A stretch of 64,000 nt of DNA. It comes from Gammaproteobacteria bacterium (GTDB lineage Bacteria; Pseudomonadota; Gammaproteobacteria; Eutrophobiales; Eutrophobiaceae). This document shows, piece after piece, positions 46,873-56,791 of this stretch. The notes under the pieces are model-generated. The model had not been told where the DNA came from. It saw only the letters and a list, made by a program, of their open reading frames with translations, and did not search any database. How positions within the stretch are numbered: position 1 is the stretch's first letter; the number at the start of each line of letters is the position of its first letter. The DNA is taken from the NCBI GenBank assembly GCA_965116495.1, contig OZ220696.1, positions 2,304,001 to 2,368,000 on the forward strand, in the 5' to 3' direction. Made by a program: the position numbers and the translations under genes.

Positions 46873-47364
46873 ATGCAGGTTATTTCTTCCTTAAAACAAT
46901 CCAGTCGTAAGAAGTCGTTACCGTTATTGGAATATCCTTTTCTGTATATGTGGCATATCGTTCTGCAAAGCCAGGCAAAAATCGAAGAAGCCATAAAACC
47001 TCTTGGACTGACTCCTGTTCAGTGGCGGATTATCTACACGCTGTATGACTTTGATAGTGTATCGATTCGAGAACTGTCAGATGTCATTTTGATAGAAGCA
47101 TCTGTTCTCAGTCGCTTGCTGCAAAAACTGGAGGAACGAAAAATAATCATCAAGCAGAAAAAAAATAAAGACCAGCGTTATGTAATAGTGCAACTGACCT
47201 CAAAGGGACGAAAATATTATGATGAGGTTATTCCTATTGTTATCAGGCAATTGAATATAGCGCAGGCAAACATTCCAGAAGCAGATTTACAACATTTACT
47301 GCATACGCTCAAAATCATGATGGGCAATGTGTACCGGTCTCCATTTGCGTTTGATTCGACGTGA
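46873..47364 (+). CDS. MarR-family regulator
   Basis: LGLTPVQWRII, SVLSRLLQKLE, DQRYVIVQLTSKG. Confidence 0.88.
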   Translation: MQVISSLKQSSRKKSLPLLEYPFLYMWHIVLQSQAKIEEAIKPLGLTPVQWRIIYTLYDFDSVSIRELSDVILIEASVLSRLLQKLEERKIIIKQKKNKDQRYVIVQLTSKGRKYYDEVIPIVIRQLNIAQANIPEADLQHLLHTLKIMMGNVYRSPFAFDST

Positions 47365-47540
47365 GTACCGCCAGTACTACGTTTTGTAATCCTACTTCTA
47401 TGCCGATGGTAAATTGAACGGGTTTGTCCAATCCCATGAGCTTTGAGATCACTGCTCCAATAATCACAGCTAATACGCAAAAAAATTTCGATTAACCCGC
47501 ATCCAGAACCGAAAGCATAGCAGTAGAAAACTGCGGTTAG

Positions 47541-48029
47541 TCACAATGGGTACACGATTGCTGAGGCTGTATGGAATGTGTCTGCAATAACCAGCTTTTC
47601 TTTAAATTTCGGTTTACCATCCGCCATTGTAATTACGTCACGATACTCCCCTGCATTGGCACACTCGAATTTACCTTCGAAATTAGTCTGTACAACGAGG
47701 AAATTGGATCGAACATAGAAACTGTCATTGCCATGTTCACTGATTTTAATATTACTGATGAGGTGCCGATAATAATGCTTGTTAAACGTATTGATATGCC
47801 GTAGAGAGGTAACCCGGTCGCGCATCATCCCCTGACTGGTATAATACATCCAATAACCGCCATCCATACCGGCCTCAAGATTTTCTCTGGACTGAATAAG
47901 ATACTTTCCGTCCTCCGGGAATAACCCGGGCCAACTCTCTAGATCATCGCTATCCAGACAATCTGCGTATTTATCTAAAAGATTGTAAATTAAACGCTCT
48001 ATTGATGCGCTCATGGCAGGTGTGTCCAT
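47541..48029 (-). CDS. Ring-hydroxylating oxygenase beta subunit (NagH/AndAd-like)
   Basis: YADCLD.DDLE.WP..F, SREN, MMRDRV, GEYRD, FKEK, C-terminal YPL. Confidence 0.88.
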   Translation of the reverse strand: MDTPAMSASIERLIYNLLDKYADCLDSDDLESWPGLFPEDGKYLIQSRENLEAGMDGGYWMYYTSQGMMRDRVTSLRHINTFNKHYYRHLISNIKISEHGNDSFYVRSNFLVVQTNFEGKFECANAGEYRDVITMADGKPKFKEKLVIADTFHTASAIVYPL

Positions 48030-48064
48030 GGGTTTTGAGATGACCTGGATTCAGCTCGGGCAAA

Positions 48065-49300
48065 CTAAGGCGTGGGGATTTGCATCATCTCACAGTAGCC
48101 TTTCCAAAAGGCCCGAACAGTGGCTTCGGAATTAAAATGGTCTGAAGTAGTCTCTATACCGGCGCCACCGAATTCGATATAAGACGTATCCCCCCTGGAA
48201 ATTGCATTCTGCGTCATAGCTAAAACTTCAGCATCTTCCATCGCAATATATCCGGCAGGGCCCAACAGGTTACTTTGCTTTTTTCGGCACTCGTGTTCAT
48301 AGTCAGACTCATTGTCATATCCGAACCAGGTATATTCGATATCCGTTGTGCCCGGGCTGGTTGGGATAATACGCCTGCAACTCCACGAATTGCGGATACA
48401 GGTAAATAAAGAGCCAGGATATATGGAAATTACGCTTAATTGCAGATCACCCAATGCATCGAAGCCTTCTGCGATGCTTGGATCATCCAGTTCATATTTT
48501 CCCTTTTGAGCCGGAAATCTGTTTTTGCCATCAGTATCGGCAGGGGATGGTAACCACGAACTCAACAAGGCATGGGCATTGTGGATATCAACGCTCACAC
48601 GGTCAACAGGCATCGCAAGACCAAACTGTCCAACGAAGGTATGGAGTTGCGGTCCGTGGTATGTGTCCCTGTTGTTTTCGACAAACAGCTTCCAGTTGCA
48701 ATGTACGGTTTGGCGTTGATATCCAACGATTCGTAGTGGGCGCATGCAAATCGTTTCAATGCGCCCGACTATCGCCGAGCCAAGATATTCACGAAGTGGC
48801 GGCGCCCGGTCGTCAAACGTCGCAAAGATAACATCCTTGATAGTTTCAACCCGAAGAGTCTTTAACCCATGGCAGTCTTTTGAAAAGTCGTCCGGATACC
48901 CGCCTTTGTTCTGCATTCCCCGTTCCATTGAGACGCCCAGTAATTTCCCGGTCCCGTCATAGCGCCAGTTATGATAGGGGCATATCGGGAATTTATTATT
49001 TCCCCTCAACTCCCTGATTACCCTGGCGCCCCGATGAGCGCACCTGTTGACATAAGCGTTTATAGAATTGTCGTGTGCACGGTGCAGTACAACAGGAGTT
49101 GTTCCAATATATGTAGATGTGAAATCTCCCGGTTCGGGGATATCGGCAAGCAGTCCTGACAGGTGCCAGACCGCCCCCTTGAAAATCAGCTCCTGTTCCT
49201 GCTCAAAAATATGCGGGTCGATATAAACTTCGCATGGAATGAGCGTGTGGTCTGAACTTGGCCAGGATAAATAACGATTATCGGAAGTTTCTACTCGCAA
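48065..49300 (-). CDS. Ring-hydroxylating oxygenase alpha subunit (salicylate/anthranilate group)
   Basis: NRCAHRG, CPYHNW, NWKLFVEN.RDTYH..LH, NLLGPAGYIAMED. Confidence 0.9.
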   Translation of the reverse strand: MRVETSDNRYLSWPSSDHTLIPCEVYIDPHIFEQEQELIFKGAVWHLSGLLADIPEPGDFTSTYIGTTPVVLHRAHDNSINAYVNRCAHRGARVIRELRGNNKFPICPYHNWRYDGTGKLLGVSMERGMQNKGGYPDDFSKDCHGLKTLRVETIKDVIFATFDDRAPPLREYLGSAIVGRIETICMRPLRIVGYQRQTVHCNWKLFVENNRDTYHGPQLHTFVGQFGLAMPVDRVSVDIHNAHALLSSWLPSPADTDGKNRFPAQKGKYELDDPSIAEGFDALGDLQLSVISIYPGSLFTCIRNSWSCRRIIPTSPGTTDIEYTWFGYDNESDYEHECRKKQSNLLGPAGYIAMEDAEVLAMTQNAISRGDTSYIEFGGAGIETTSDHFNSEATVRAFWKGYCEMMQIPTP

Positions 49301-49438
49301 AGTATATTCGTGTTTTTTTATCTTGATATACCGTACTATATCATGTGTAAAAACACTTGTAATAACATTTATCTGTTATAAACTGTTTCAAGTGATGGGC
49401 ATTGGTTAATAGCAGTCACGTCAAGTCGCGGAGGTGTT

Positions 49439-51829
49439 ATGTACTTTCGAAACAGTTTGAAGAGCGAGCTTCGATTTTCTCCAGGCAAGCTTGCAATACT
49501 GATCTTTGCTTGTGTTGGTCTAATGGGTTTATTTCCTATCCTCACAATTGCACAGAGCAATATTCTGGAAGAAGTCGTTGTTACTGCCCAGAAACGAGAG
49601 CAATCTCTACAGGACGTGCCAATCTCTGTCGCGGTTACCTCAGGGGAGAGCATAGAAAAACAGAATTTAACCGACCTGGGCGAACTTTCTGCACAGACAC
49701 CAAACATCATCATTTCAGATGCGCCGGCCAGCGATCAACTATATATTCGCGGCGTTGGCTCCAGTATCAATGGTGGTTTCGAACAATCCGTCGGAACGTT
49801 TGTCGACGGCATCTATCATGGCCGGTCCCGGTATTCTCGTGGCCTCCTTTTTGACGTTGAGCGTGTAGAGTTGCTGCGCGGACCCCAATCCACGTATTTC
49901 GGCAATAATGCCATCGCCGGGGCATTGAATGTCATCACCCGTAAGCCGGGTGATGAATTCGAAGGGTACGTCAACGTCCTGTTTGAGCCTGACGATGGTG
50001 AGAGGAGCGTTGAATTTGCGCTGGGCGGACCCGTGACGGATACACTCGGTGTCCGCGTCGCTACCAAAATCTACGGCATGAGTGGTTTCGTCAGAGACTT
50101 CCATACAGGCGTTCAGGGACCCGACCTGGACGACAAACAGATACGCGCCACTGCGACCTGGAAACCGACTGACTCGTTTGATGCAACATTTAAAGCGGAA
50201 ATTGCAGAGTCTGACGGTGACCGTAACCCGCATTTCCAGCTCTTTAACTGTCCCCCGGGTCCCCCTTTTCCAGGCCCCGGTGGTGGTTGCGCCGTCGCGT
50301 TGCGCGTGTTTGGACCGCTCAATGACGAACTGGATACGATAGCTGCCGATACACCAGGAGAGTTTACAGCCGCACATACCAGGGAGTACGTGTTAACCCT
50401 TAACCTGGATATGTGGGATCACACGTTTACCTCTGTCACCGGGTATTCGAACTATGACTACCGCCAGGGTTTTGATGGGGACAGCGTTCCCTTACCTCTG
50501 CTTGGCGTCAATTTTAACGAGGACTTTGAGCAATACAGCCAGGAGTTCCGTATTACTTCACCAACCGGCAATCGAATTGAATATATTGCGGGTTTTTATT
50601 GGCAATCCAGTGACCTGTTCAACCAGAACAAGATTTATGCGGATATCGTTTCTCCGCTATTACTCGGATCACCTGTCGGACCATTATATGCTCCCTTCTT
50701 GCCGGTAGGACCACAAAATGATCTAAGCCAGGATGAAGAGACTTTTTCACTGTTTGGATCACTGACCTGGCATGCTACTGATTCCTTACGCGGCACAGTC
50801 GGCCTGCGTTGGACGGACGTACAGAAGGACGGGGTCAAAAGCCTGTTTATAGGCTCGACAGATGGCGCTGCTGCACTTTCCGGTCCGTTTAAACCCTTGC
50901 CGTTTCCGCTCAGCATGTTTCCATTGCCGCCGAGAGGACCTGTCGCCGGTGGCCTGGGTACGCCGCATGGACCGGTTCCGCTCAGTATATCCAATGACGA
51001 TGTAACGCCTTCCGTAAATATTCAATATGATGTGACGGAAGATGTCATGACGTATTTTTCCTTTTCCCAGGGATTTAAATCGGGTGGTTTCGACGCGCAA
51101 AATGTGTCAGGCCCGCCCGACCCGTTGACGTTTGGTCCGGAAGAAGTGGATGCATACGAGGCAGGAGCAAAGGCAACTTGGTTCGATGGAAGACTTGCCA
51201 CCAACCTGACCTGGTACCGTAACGAGTATACGGACCTGCAACAGGCCGTGCTCCAGACGGGGATTACCTTCAATGTAGAAAATGTGGGTAAACTCGTGGT
51301 TCAAGGTGTGGAGTTTGATGCGAGCCTCAAGGTGACCGACAATCTCACTGTGGATACTGCGGTTGCCTATCTTGATTCTGAATATAAATCTTATCGGGAT
51401 GGTGGTTGTACCGCCCTGCAGAGCCTACGGTTCGCAATGACAAACCCCGGTCAAAGGTGTCTGCAGGATCTGACTGGTAAACCCTCACCGTATTCACCTG
51501 AGTTCAGTGGTTACGTACATGCGCGCCATATTTTGCCGCTACCCCGGAAATTGAGGCTCGTAACCGATATAAATGTCTACTTCACGGATGATTTTGAAAT
51601 TATTTCGGACAATGACCCGTTGGTAACGCAGGATTCTTACGCAAAACTGGATGTTCGTATCGCCCTGGGCAACCAGGGAGACACCTGGGAAATTGCAATG
51701 GTAGGGAAAAACCTGACAGACAAATTTACCAGGTCATTCGCCAATGATAGTCCACTTGCAGCCGGAACTTTTCAGATGCTGCTTGACCGGCCAAGAAGCC
51801 TTGCAATCCAGGGACGATACAGCTGGTAG
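49439..51829 (+). CDS. TonB-dependent receptor
   Basis: LEEVVVTAQKREQSLQDVP, ERVELLRGPQST.FG.NAIAG, GFKSGGF, C-terminal RYSW. Confidence 0.93.
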   Translation: MYFRNSLKSELRFSPGKLAILIFACVGLMGLFPILTIAQSNILEEVVVTAQKREQSLQDVPISVAVTSGESIEKQNLTDLGELSAQTPNIIISDAPASDQLYIRGVGSSINGGFEQSVGTFVDGIYHGRSRYSRGLLFDVERVELLRGPQSTYFGNNAIAGALNVITRKPGDEFEGYVNVLFEPDDGERSVEFALGGPVTDTLGVRVATKIYGMSGFVRDFHTGVQGPDLDDKQIRATATWKPTDSFDATFKAEIAESDGDRNPHFQLFNCPPGPPFPGPGGGCAVALRVFGPLNDELDTIAADTPGEFTAAHTREYVLTLNLDMWDHTFTSVTGYSNYDYRQGFDGDSVPLPLLGVNFNEDFEQYSQEFRITSPTGNRIEYIAGFYWQSSDLFNQNKIYADIVSPLLLGSPVGPLYAPFLPVGPQNDLSQDEETFSLFGSLTWHATDSLRGTVGLRWTDVQKDGVKSLFIGSTDGAAALSGPFKPLPFPLSMFPLPPRGPVAGGLGTPHGPVPLSISNDDVTPSVNIQYDVTEDVMTYFSFSQGFKSGGFDAQNVSGPPDPLTFGPEEVDAYEAGAKATWFDGRLATNLTWYRNEYTDLQQAVLQTGITFNVENVGKLVVQGVEFDASLKVTDNLTVDTAVAYLDSEYKSYRDGGCTALQSLRFAMTNPGQRCLQDLTGKPSPYSPEFSGYVHARHILPLPRKLRLVTDINVYFTDDFEIISDNDPLVTQDSYAKLDVRIALGNQGDTWEIAMVGKNLTDKFTRSFANDSPLAAGTFQMLLDRPRSLAIQGRYSW

Positions 51830-51872
51830 TAAAGAGTCAAGCTCAATGCCCGCATAAACTACTGCTATCCTT

Positions 51873-53372
51873 TCAGCGTGAATAAAATGGCGGGATTTTG
51901 GCATCGTAGTTGATCCACACCGCTTTGGGCGAGGTATATTCCTGCAGGCATTCAACGCCCATGTCCCGGCCGTAGCCGGATTCGCCGACACCGCCGAAGG
52001 GAGATGCGGGATGGACCCGCTTGTAGCAATTCACCCAGACCATGCCGGCCTTGATGCCATCGGAGAACCGATGGGCGCGTTGCAGGTTGTTGGTCCACAG
52101 TCCGCTGCCCAGGCCGTAGTCGGTCGCGTTCGCCAGTTCCAGCGCCTCGGCATCATCCTTGAAGCGGGTCACCGATACGAACGGGCCGAATACCTCCTGC
52201 TGAAACACCGTATGACCGGGGCCGGCCTCGACTATTGTCGGTTCAATGTAATAACCTTTTTTGAGTTCATCGTTATCCGGTTGTTTGCCGCCGGCAAGTA
52301 TTTTATTGCCTTCTTTTTTACAGACGTCGATGTAGCTGAGCACCCGGTCCAGGTGCATCTTCGATGTAAGCGGTCCCATCTCGGTTTCATCGTCCAATGG
52401 ATTGCCCAGCCTGATGGATTTTGCTAGCCCGATAAATTTTTCCAGGAACTCATCAGCTATCGACTCCTGTAGCAACAGGCGGGAACCGGCGATGCAGGCT
52501 TGCCCCTGGTTGTGGAAGATGGCGAATGCCGACCCGCCGACGGCTGCAGGAAGGGTTGCATCCTCAAACACGATGTTGGGGCCTTTGCCGCCCATCTCCA
52601 GCGAGACGCGTTTCAGGTTGCCTGCCGAAGCCTGGACGATCTTCCGGCCTGTTGCGGTGGAACCGGTAAAGGCAATTTTGTCTATGTCCGGATGCTCGGC
52701 AATGTGCTGGCCGGCAGTGTGGCCATAACCCGGGACGATATTCACTACACCTGGCGGGAAACCTACGTCGTTCATGAGATCCACCAGTCTGAGTGTTGAC
52801 AGGGGCGTGAGTTCTGACGGCTTCATTACCACGGTATTACCCGCGGCCAGGGCGGGCCCGAGCTTCCAGCTACAGAACATGATGGGAAAATTCCAGGGAA
52901 CGATCTGCCCTACAACGCCAACCGGTTTCCGTTTGACTATGCTGAGGAAACCGGGTTCTACCGGTACCTCGCGGCCATCTATCTTATCCGCGATGCCGCC
53001 GAAATAACGCAGGTTCAGCAAGGTCCTCGGCAGGTCCAGGCGCCGGGTATCTTTAAGGGGATGGCCGGTGTCCAGGCTTTCAAGTTCGGTAAACTCGTCA
53101 AAATGCTGCTCCAGTTTATCGGCCAGCTTCATAATAAGCTGACCGCGTTCCGAGGCGAACATATTGCTCCAGCCGTGAAATGCTGCCCGGGCCGCGGCAA
53201 CAGCTTTATCTACGTCAGCCGGTTTTGCTTCAGCGATAGCGGTGATTTTACTGCCGTCATGGGGGTTGACAACATCTATCGTGCTGCCATCCTCCGCATC
53301 GACAAACTCACCGTTGATGAACAGTTGATTACGGATATCCTGCGATTGTATCGTGCGGACTTTGTCAAGCAT
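51873..53372 (-). CDS. NAD(P)-dependent aldehyde dehydrogenase
   Basis: PWNFP, KPSE, FTGSTATG, LEMGGK, QGQACIAG, EVFGP. Confidence 0.95.
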   Translation of the reverse strand: MLDKVRTIQSQDIRNQLFINGEFVDAEDGSTIDVVNPHDGSKITAIAEAKPADVDKAVAAARAAFHGWSNMFASERGQLIMKLADKLEQHFDEFTELESLDTGHPLKDTRRLDLPRTLLNLRYFGGIADKIDGREVPVEPGFLSIVKRKPVGVVGQIVPWNFPIMFCSWKLGPALAAGNTVVMKPSELTPLSTLRLVDLMNDVGFPPGVVNIVPGYGHTAGQHIAEHPDIDKIAFTGSTATGRKIVQASAGNLKRVSLEMGGKGPNIVFEDATLPAAVGGSAFAIFHNQGQACIAGSRLLLQESIADEFLEKFIGLAKSIRLGNPLDDETEMGPLTSKMHLDRVLSYIDVCKKEGNKILAGGKQPDNDELKKGYYIEPTIVEAGPGHTVFQQEVFGPFVSVTRFKDDAEALELANATDYGLGSGLWTNNLQRAHRFSDGIKAGMVWVNCYKRVHPASPFGGVGESGYGRDMGVECLQEYTSPKAVWINYDAKIPPFYSR

Positions 53373-53464
53373 GAGTGTATTCCCTGTTGTTTGTCTTCAT
53401 GGATTTTTCAGCTTATCCTATTATAAGGCAATATTGATACAAACCTCATGACTTGAACCGGATC

Positions 53465-54637
53465 ATGCCTGCAGAAATCGGAACAACTTCATCACCGCCC
53501 GGTAAGACATCGCCCTATCCCCAATACGTGGAAGCCCGGCTGGGTTTTCGCAATCACTGGTATCCCACGTTGTTTTCCGACGAATTGGGTGAAGGGGAGT
53601 TCAAAGCCTTTCCCATACTCGGGGACCGGTTGTTACTGGCGCGGGTTGACGGCAGGGTGCATGCCGTGCGCGACCGTTGCCTGCATCACGGAGTCGCCTT
53701 TTCCCGCAAGATCGAGTGCTACAAAAAAGGCACCGTGTCCTGCTGGTATCACGGTTTCACCTTTAACCTGCAAACGGGTGTGTTGTGCGACATTATCGCC
53801 AACCCCAGAAGCAACATGATCGGCCGGTTGCGGATAGATACTTTTCCCGTTGTCGAGTCAAAAGGGCTCATTTTCGTATTCATGGGGGATACCGAGCCAC
53901 CTTCCCTGGCAGATGACGTCCCGCCCACTTTTCTCGATGACGATATTTACGTGCGCGGACGGCGCACGGAAGTCCAGGCAAACTGGCGCATCGGCTGTGA
54001 GAACGGCTTTGACAGCACGCATATTTTTATCCATAAAGACTCCGTCCTGGTCAAGGGAAACGACCTGATTTTGCCCCTGGGTCTGGTTCCCACCGGCAAG
54101 GACGCGTTTGAAATCGTAGACGAGGCGAGCGGGCCCAAAGGAGTCTACGACAAGTTATTTGAACACTGCGAACCAGTGTTCGAAGGCAAGATAGAGGGAG
54201 AAACGGTTGCGCACGGCAACCTCGGGACGACACCGGTTGCCTATAACATATCCATCTGGCTGCCGGGTGTACTGCGGGTGACCCCCTGGCCCGGACCGAC
54301 CATGACGCAGTACGAATGGTATGTGCCGATTGACGAAAACCGGCACTATTACACCCAGACCATCGGCAAAAAGATTGAACAGGAAAGCGACAAGAGCGAT
54401 TTTGACCGGGATTTTGACAATAAATGGAATGAAATGGCCTTGCAGGGTTTCAACAATGACGATATCTGGGCGCGGGAAGCACAGCAGGAATATTACCGCT
54501 ATGACGAGGCCTGGACCGAAGAACACCTGTATGAAGCCGACCGCAACATCAGTGTCTGGCGGCAACTGGCGGCAAAGCGCAACAGAGGGATACAAAAACG
54601 TGAACATATTGTGAAGATCGGCAGACCCGTTGAATGA
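53465..54637 (+). CDS. Second CarAa/OxoO-type Rieske oxygenase
   Basis: GFRNHWYP, CLH...CWYH, ENGFDSTHIFIH, YEWYVP, GFNNDD, RGIQ. Confidence 0.9.
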   Translation: MPAEIGTTSSPPGKTSPYPQYVEARLGFRNHWYPTLFSDELGEGEFKAFPILGDRLLLARVDGRVHAVRDRCLHHGVAFSRKIECYKKGTVSCWYHGFTFNLQTGVLCDIIANPRSNMIGRLRIDTFPVVESKGLIFVFMGDTEPPSLADDVPPTFLDDDIYVRGRRTEVQANWRIGCENGFDSTHIFIHKDSVLVKGNDLILPLGLVPTGKDAFEIVDEASGPKGVYDKLFEHCEPVFEGKIEGETVAHGNLGTTPVAYNISIWLPGVLRVTPWPGPTMTQYEWYVPIDENRHYYTQTIGKKIEQESDKSDFDRDFDNKWNEMALQGFNNDDIWAREAQQEYYRYDEAWTEEHLYEADRNISVWRQLAAKRNRGIQKREHIVKIGRPVE

Positions 54638-54643
54638 AGTGTT

Positions 54644-54745
54644 AAATTCAGGACACCCATAAATTATGATTCCATGGGTGTCCTGAATTTATCCCAAAAT
54701 TATATTCCTGGATGCCCGCAAGATAATTTGTGGGTGTCCCAAATT
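54644..54745. repeat. ggacacccat-family palindromic repeat
   Basis: aaattcaggacacccat...atgggtgtcctgaattt 17-bp IR plus a further half-site tgggtgtcccaaatt. Confidence 0.75.
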
Positions 54746-56441
54746 GGTTGCCATTTCAGTGAAGCAACGTTATTCAGTGCTGATAATCGGCGGTGGTCCT
54801 TGTGGCCTCATGCTTGCGAACGAACTTGGGCGGCGTAACATCAGTGTGCTGCTCATCGATGAGAAATCCTCCACGGCTTTTAATCCGCAGGCCAATGCCA
54901 CCCAGGCGCGCACCATGGAGCACTTCCGCCGGCTCGGTTTTTCCGACGAGGTGCGTGCGCTCGGCCTGCCAGCGGACTATCCCACCGACATCGCCTACTT
55001 CACCCGTTTCACTGGCTATGAACTGGCGCGGTTTTCCTTACCGCCATCCGGCGCGGCCAGGTCACGTGTTCAGAGCCTGACCGGGTCCTGGAGCGCTGCC
55101 GAACTGCCCCACAGGGTCTCCCAGAAGTGGGTGGAGAAGGTGCTATACAAACATGCCCTCGCCTGCGAGGGAAACGCGCTTCGCTTCAGTCATCGCCTTC
55201 TCGGTTTCGATCATCAGCCGGATGGTATAACTGCGCTGATTGAAGATATTGAGAACGGGACGACGTTCACGGCACAGGCCGATTTCCTGGTAGGCGCCGA
55301 CGGTGCGCGCAGTCTCGTGCGCCAGGCACTCGGCTTCCAGTACGTCGGTGAGGGCGGCGCAGTACGGGATTTCATGGGTGGCCGCATGCACGCCATGTAC
55401 ATACGCGTGCCTGATTTTTATTCCGTGTCCGGCCATGCGCCTGCCTGGATGAACGTGACTTTCAACCGGGACCGGCGCGCGTTCATGGCTGCCGTCGACG
55501 GCAAAAGCGAATTTGCATTCCACACACAACTGCGGGCGGATGAGGATGAAGCAGCATTGAGCGATGGGGATGCCATCGATATGTTCCGTGCGGCAATGGG
55601 TGCTCAGGTCAATATCGAAATCCTCTCCCGCGGGACCTGGCGGGCCGGTTTTACCCTGGTTGCCGAACGCATGCAGAGCGATCGTGTCTTCCTCGGCGGC
55701 GATGCTGCGCACCTGTTCACGCCGGCCGGGGGGTTAGGCTATAACACGGCCATCGAGGATGCCGTGAACCTGGGCTGGAAACTGGCTGCCGTGGTGCGCG
55801 GCGCGGCGCCCCATTCCCTATTGGCCAGCTATGAACTGGAACGCCGTCCCGCGGCGGTTCGCAACACGAACTACGCCCGGGAGTTTGCCGATTCTCTCGG
55901 CGCTAACACCGCCCCCGCGGAGCTGGAGGATAACTCTCCCGCCGGCGCAGAAGCGCGCGCCAGGGCAGGAGAGTACTTTAACGTGCACGCACGCAAGGAA
56001 TTCAATATTCCCGGGATCACGTTTGGATGCCGCTATGACGGATCGCCGGTTATCATCGCAGACGGCGAACCGCCCCCGGACCGCGCCAATGTTTATACCC
56101 CGACCTCCTGCCCGGGGGGGCGAGCCCCTCACTTGTGGCTCGAGCAAGACCACTCGCTCTACGATGAGTTCGGTTTCGAATGGACCCTGTTGCGTCTTGG
56201 ACCGAGGCCGCCATCGACTGAGGGAATAAAAACGGCTTTCGCCGAGGCCGGTCTGGAACTCAAGGTTCTCGATGTGGCAAGCGAAATGGCTCGCGATATT
56301 TACCAGACCGACCTGGCTCTAATCAGGCCGGACCAGGTTGTGGCTTTTCGCGGGCCGGAAATCAGTGATGCCCGGGCGCTGACAGCCAAAGTCAGCGGTC
56401 ATGTTCAACCGGAAACCGGTGCAACGCCGGCACAGGGGTAA
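54744..56441 (+). CDS. FAD-dependent aromatic monooxygenase (PheA/TfdB family)
   Basis: IIGGGPCGL, RTMEHFRRLG, GADGARS, GDAAHLFTP.GGLG.N, PGGRAPHLW, LIRPDQ.V. Confidence 0.92.
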   Translation: MVAISVKQRYSVLIIGGGPCGLMLANELGRRNISVLLIDEKSSTAFNPQANATQARTMEHFRRLGFSDEVRALGLPADYPTDIAYFTRFTGYELARFSLPPSGAARSRVQSLTGSWSAAELPHRVSQKWVEKVLYKHALACEGNALRFSHRLLGFDHQPDGITALIEDIENGTTFTAQADFLVGADGARSLVRQALGFQYVGEGGAVRDFMGGRMHAMYIRVPDFYSVSGHAPAWMNVTFNRDRRAFMAAVDGKSEFAFHTQLRADEDEAALSDGDAIDMFRAAMGAQVNIEILSRGTWRAGFTLVAERMQSDRVFLGGDAAHLFTPAGGLGYNTAIEDAVNLGWKLAAVVRGAAPHSLLASYELERRPAAVRNTNYAREFADSLGANTAPAELEDNSPAGAEARARAGEYFNVHARKEFNIPGITFGCRYDGSPVIIADGEPPPDRANVYTPTSCPGGRAPHLWLEQDHSLYDEFGFEWTLLRLGPRPPSTEGIKTAFAEAGLELKVLDVASEMARDIYQTDLALIRPDQVVAFRGPEISDARALTAKVSGHVQPETGATPAQG

Positions 56442-56443
56442 CT

Positions 56444-56791
56444 ATGCATCGGGTTGTGCTTACCCCGGTCAGCGACGCGGCCGCGAAACAAATCTTCCCC
56501 TACAGTGCCAATGACAGTGAAAATCCGGAGGACCTTTGGTTGTGGCTGACAAAGACCCGGGAACGGACAGGGATTGATTTCGTAGCCATCCCGCATAACT
56601 CGAACCTTTCCAAGGGAAGCATGTTCACCCGCACCACGATGTCCGGCGAGTCCATGGATGCAGGTTATGCCCGTTTGCGGTCGGACTGGGAATCTGTGGT
56701 GGAGGTAACCCAGACCAAGGGAACTTCCGAGACCCGCCCGCTGCTGTCTCCAGGGGACGAGTTTGCCGGATTCGAGATTTATAAAAAATGA
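56444..56791 (+). pseudogene. Internal fragment of a DUF3604 (PHP-like) protein
   Basis: HRVV...PEDLW.W...AIPHNSNLSKGSMF...VEVTQTKGTSET.P.LSP.DEFA.FE are DUF3604 mid-region motifs; 115 aa versus a much longer family norm. Confidence 0.75.
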
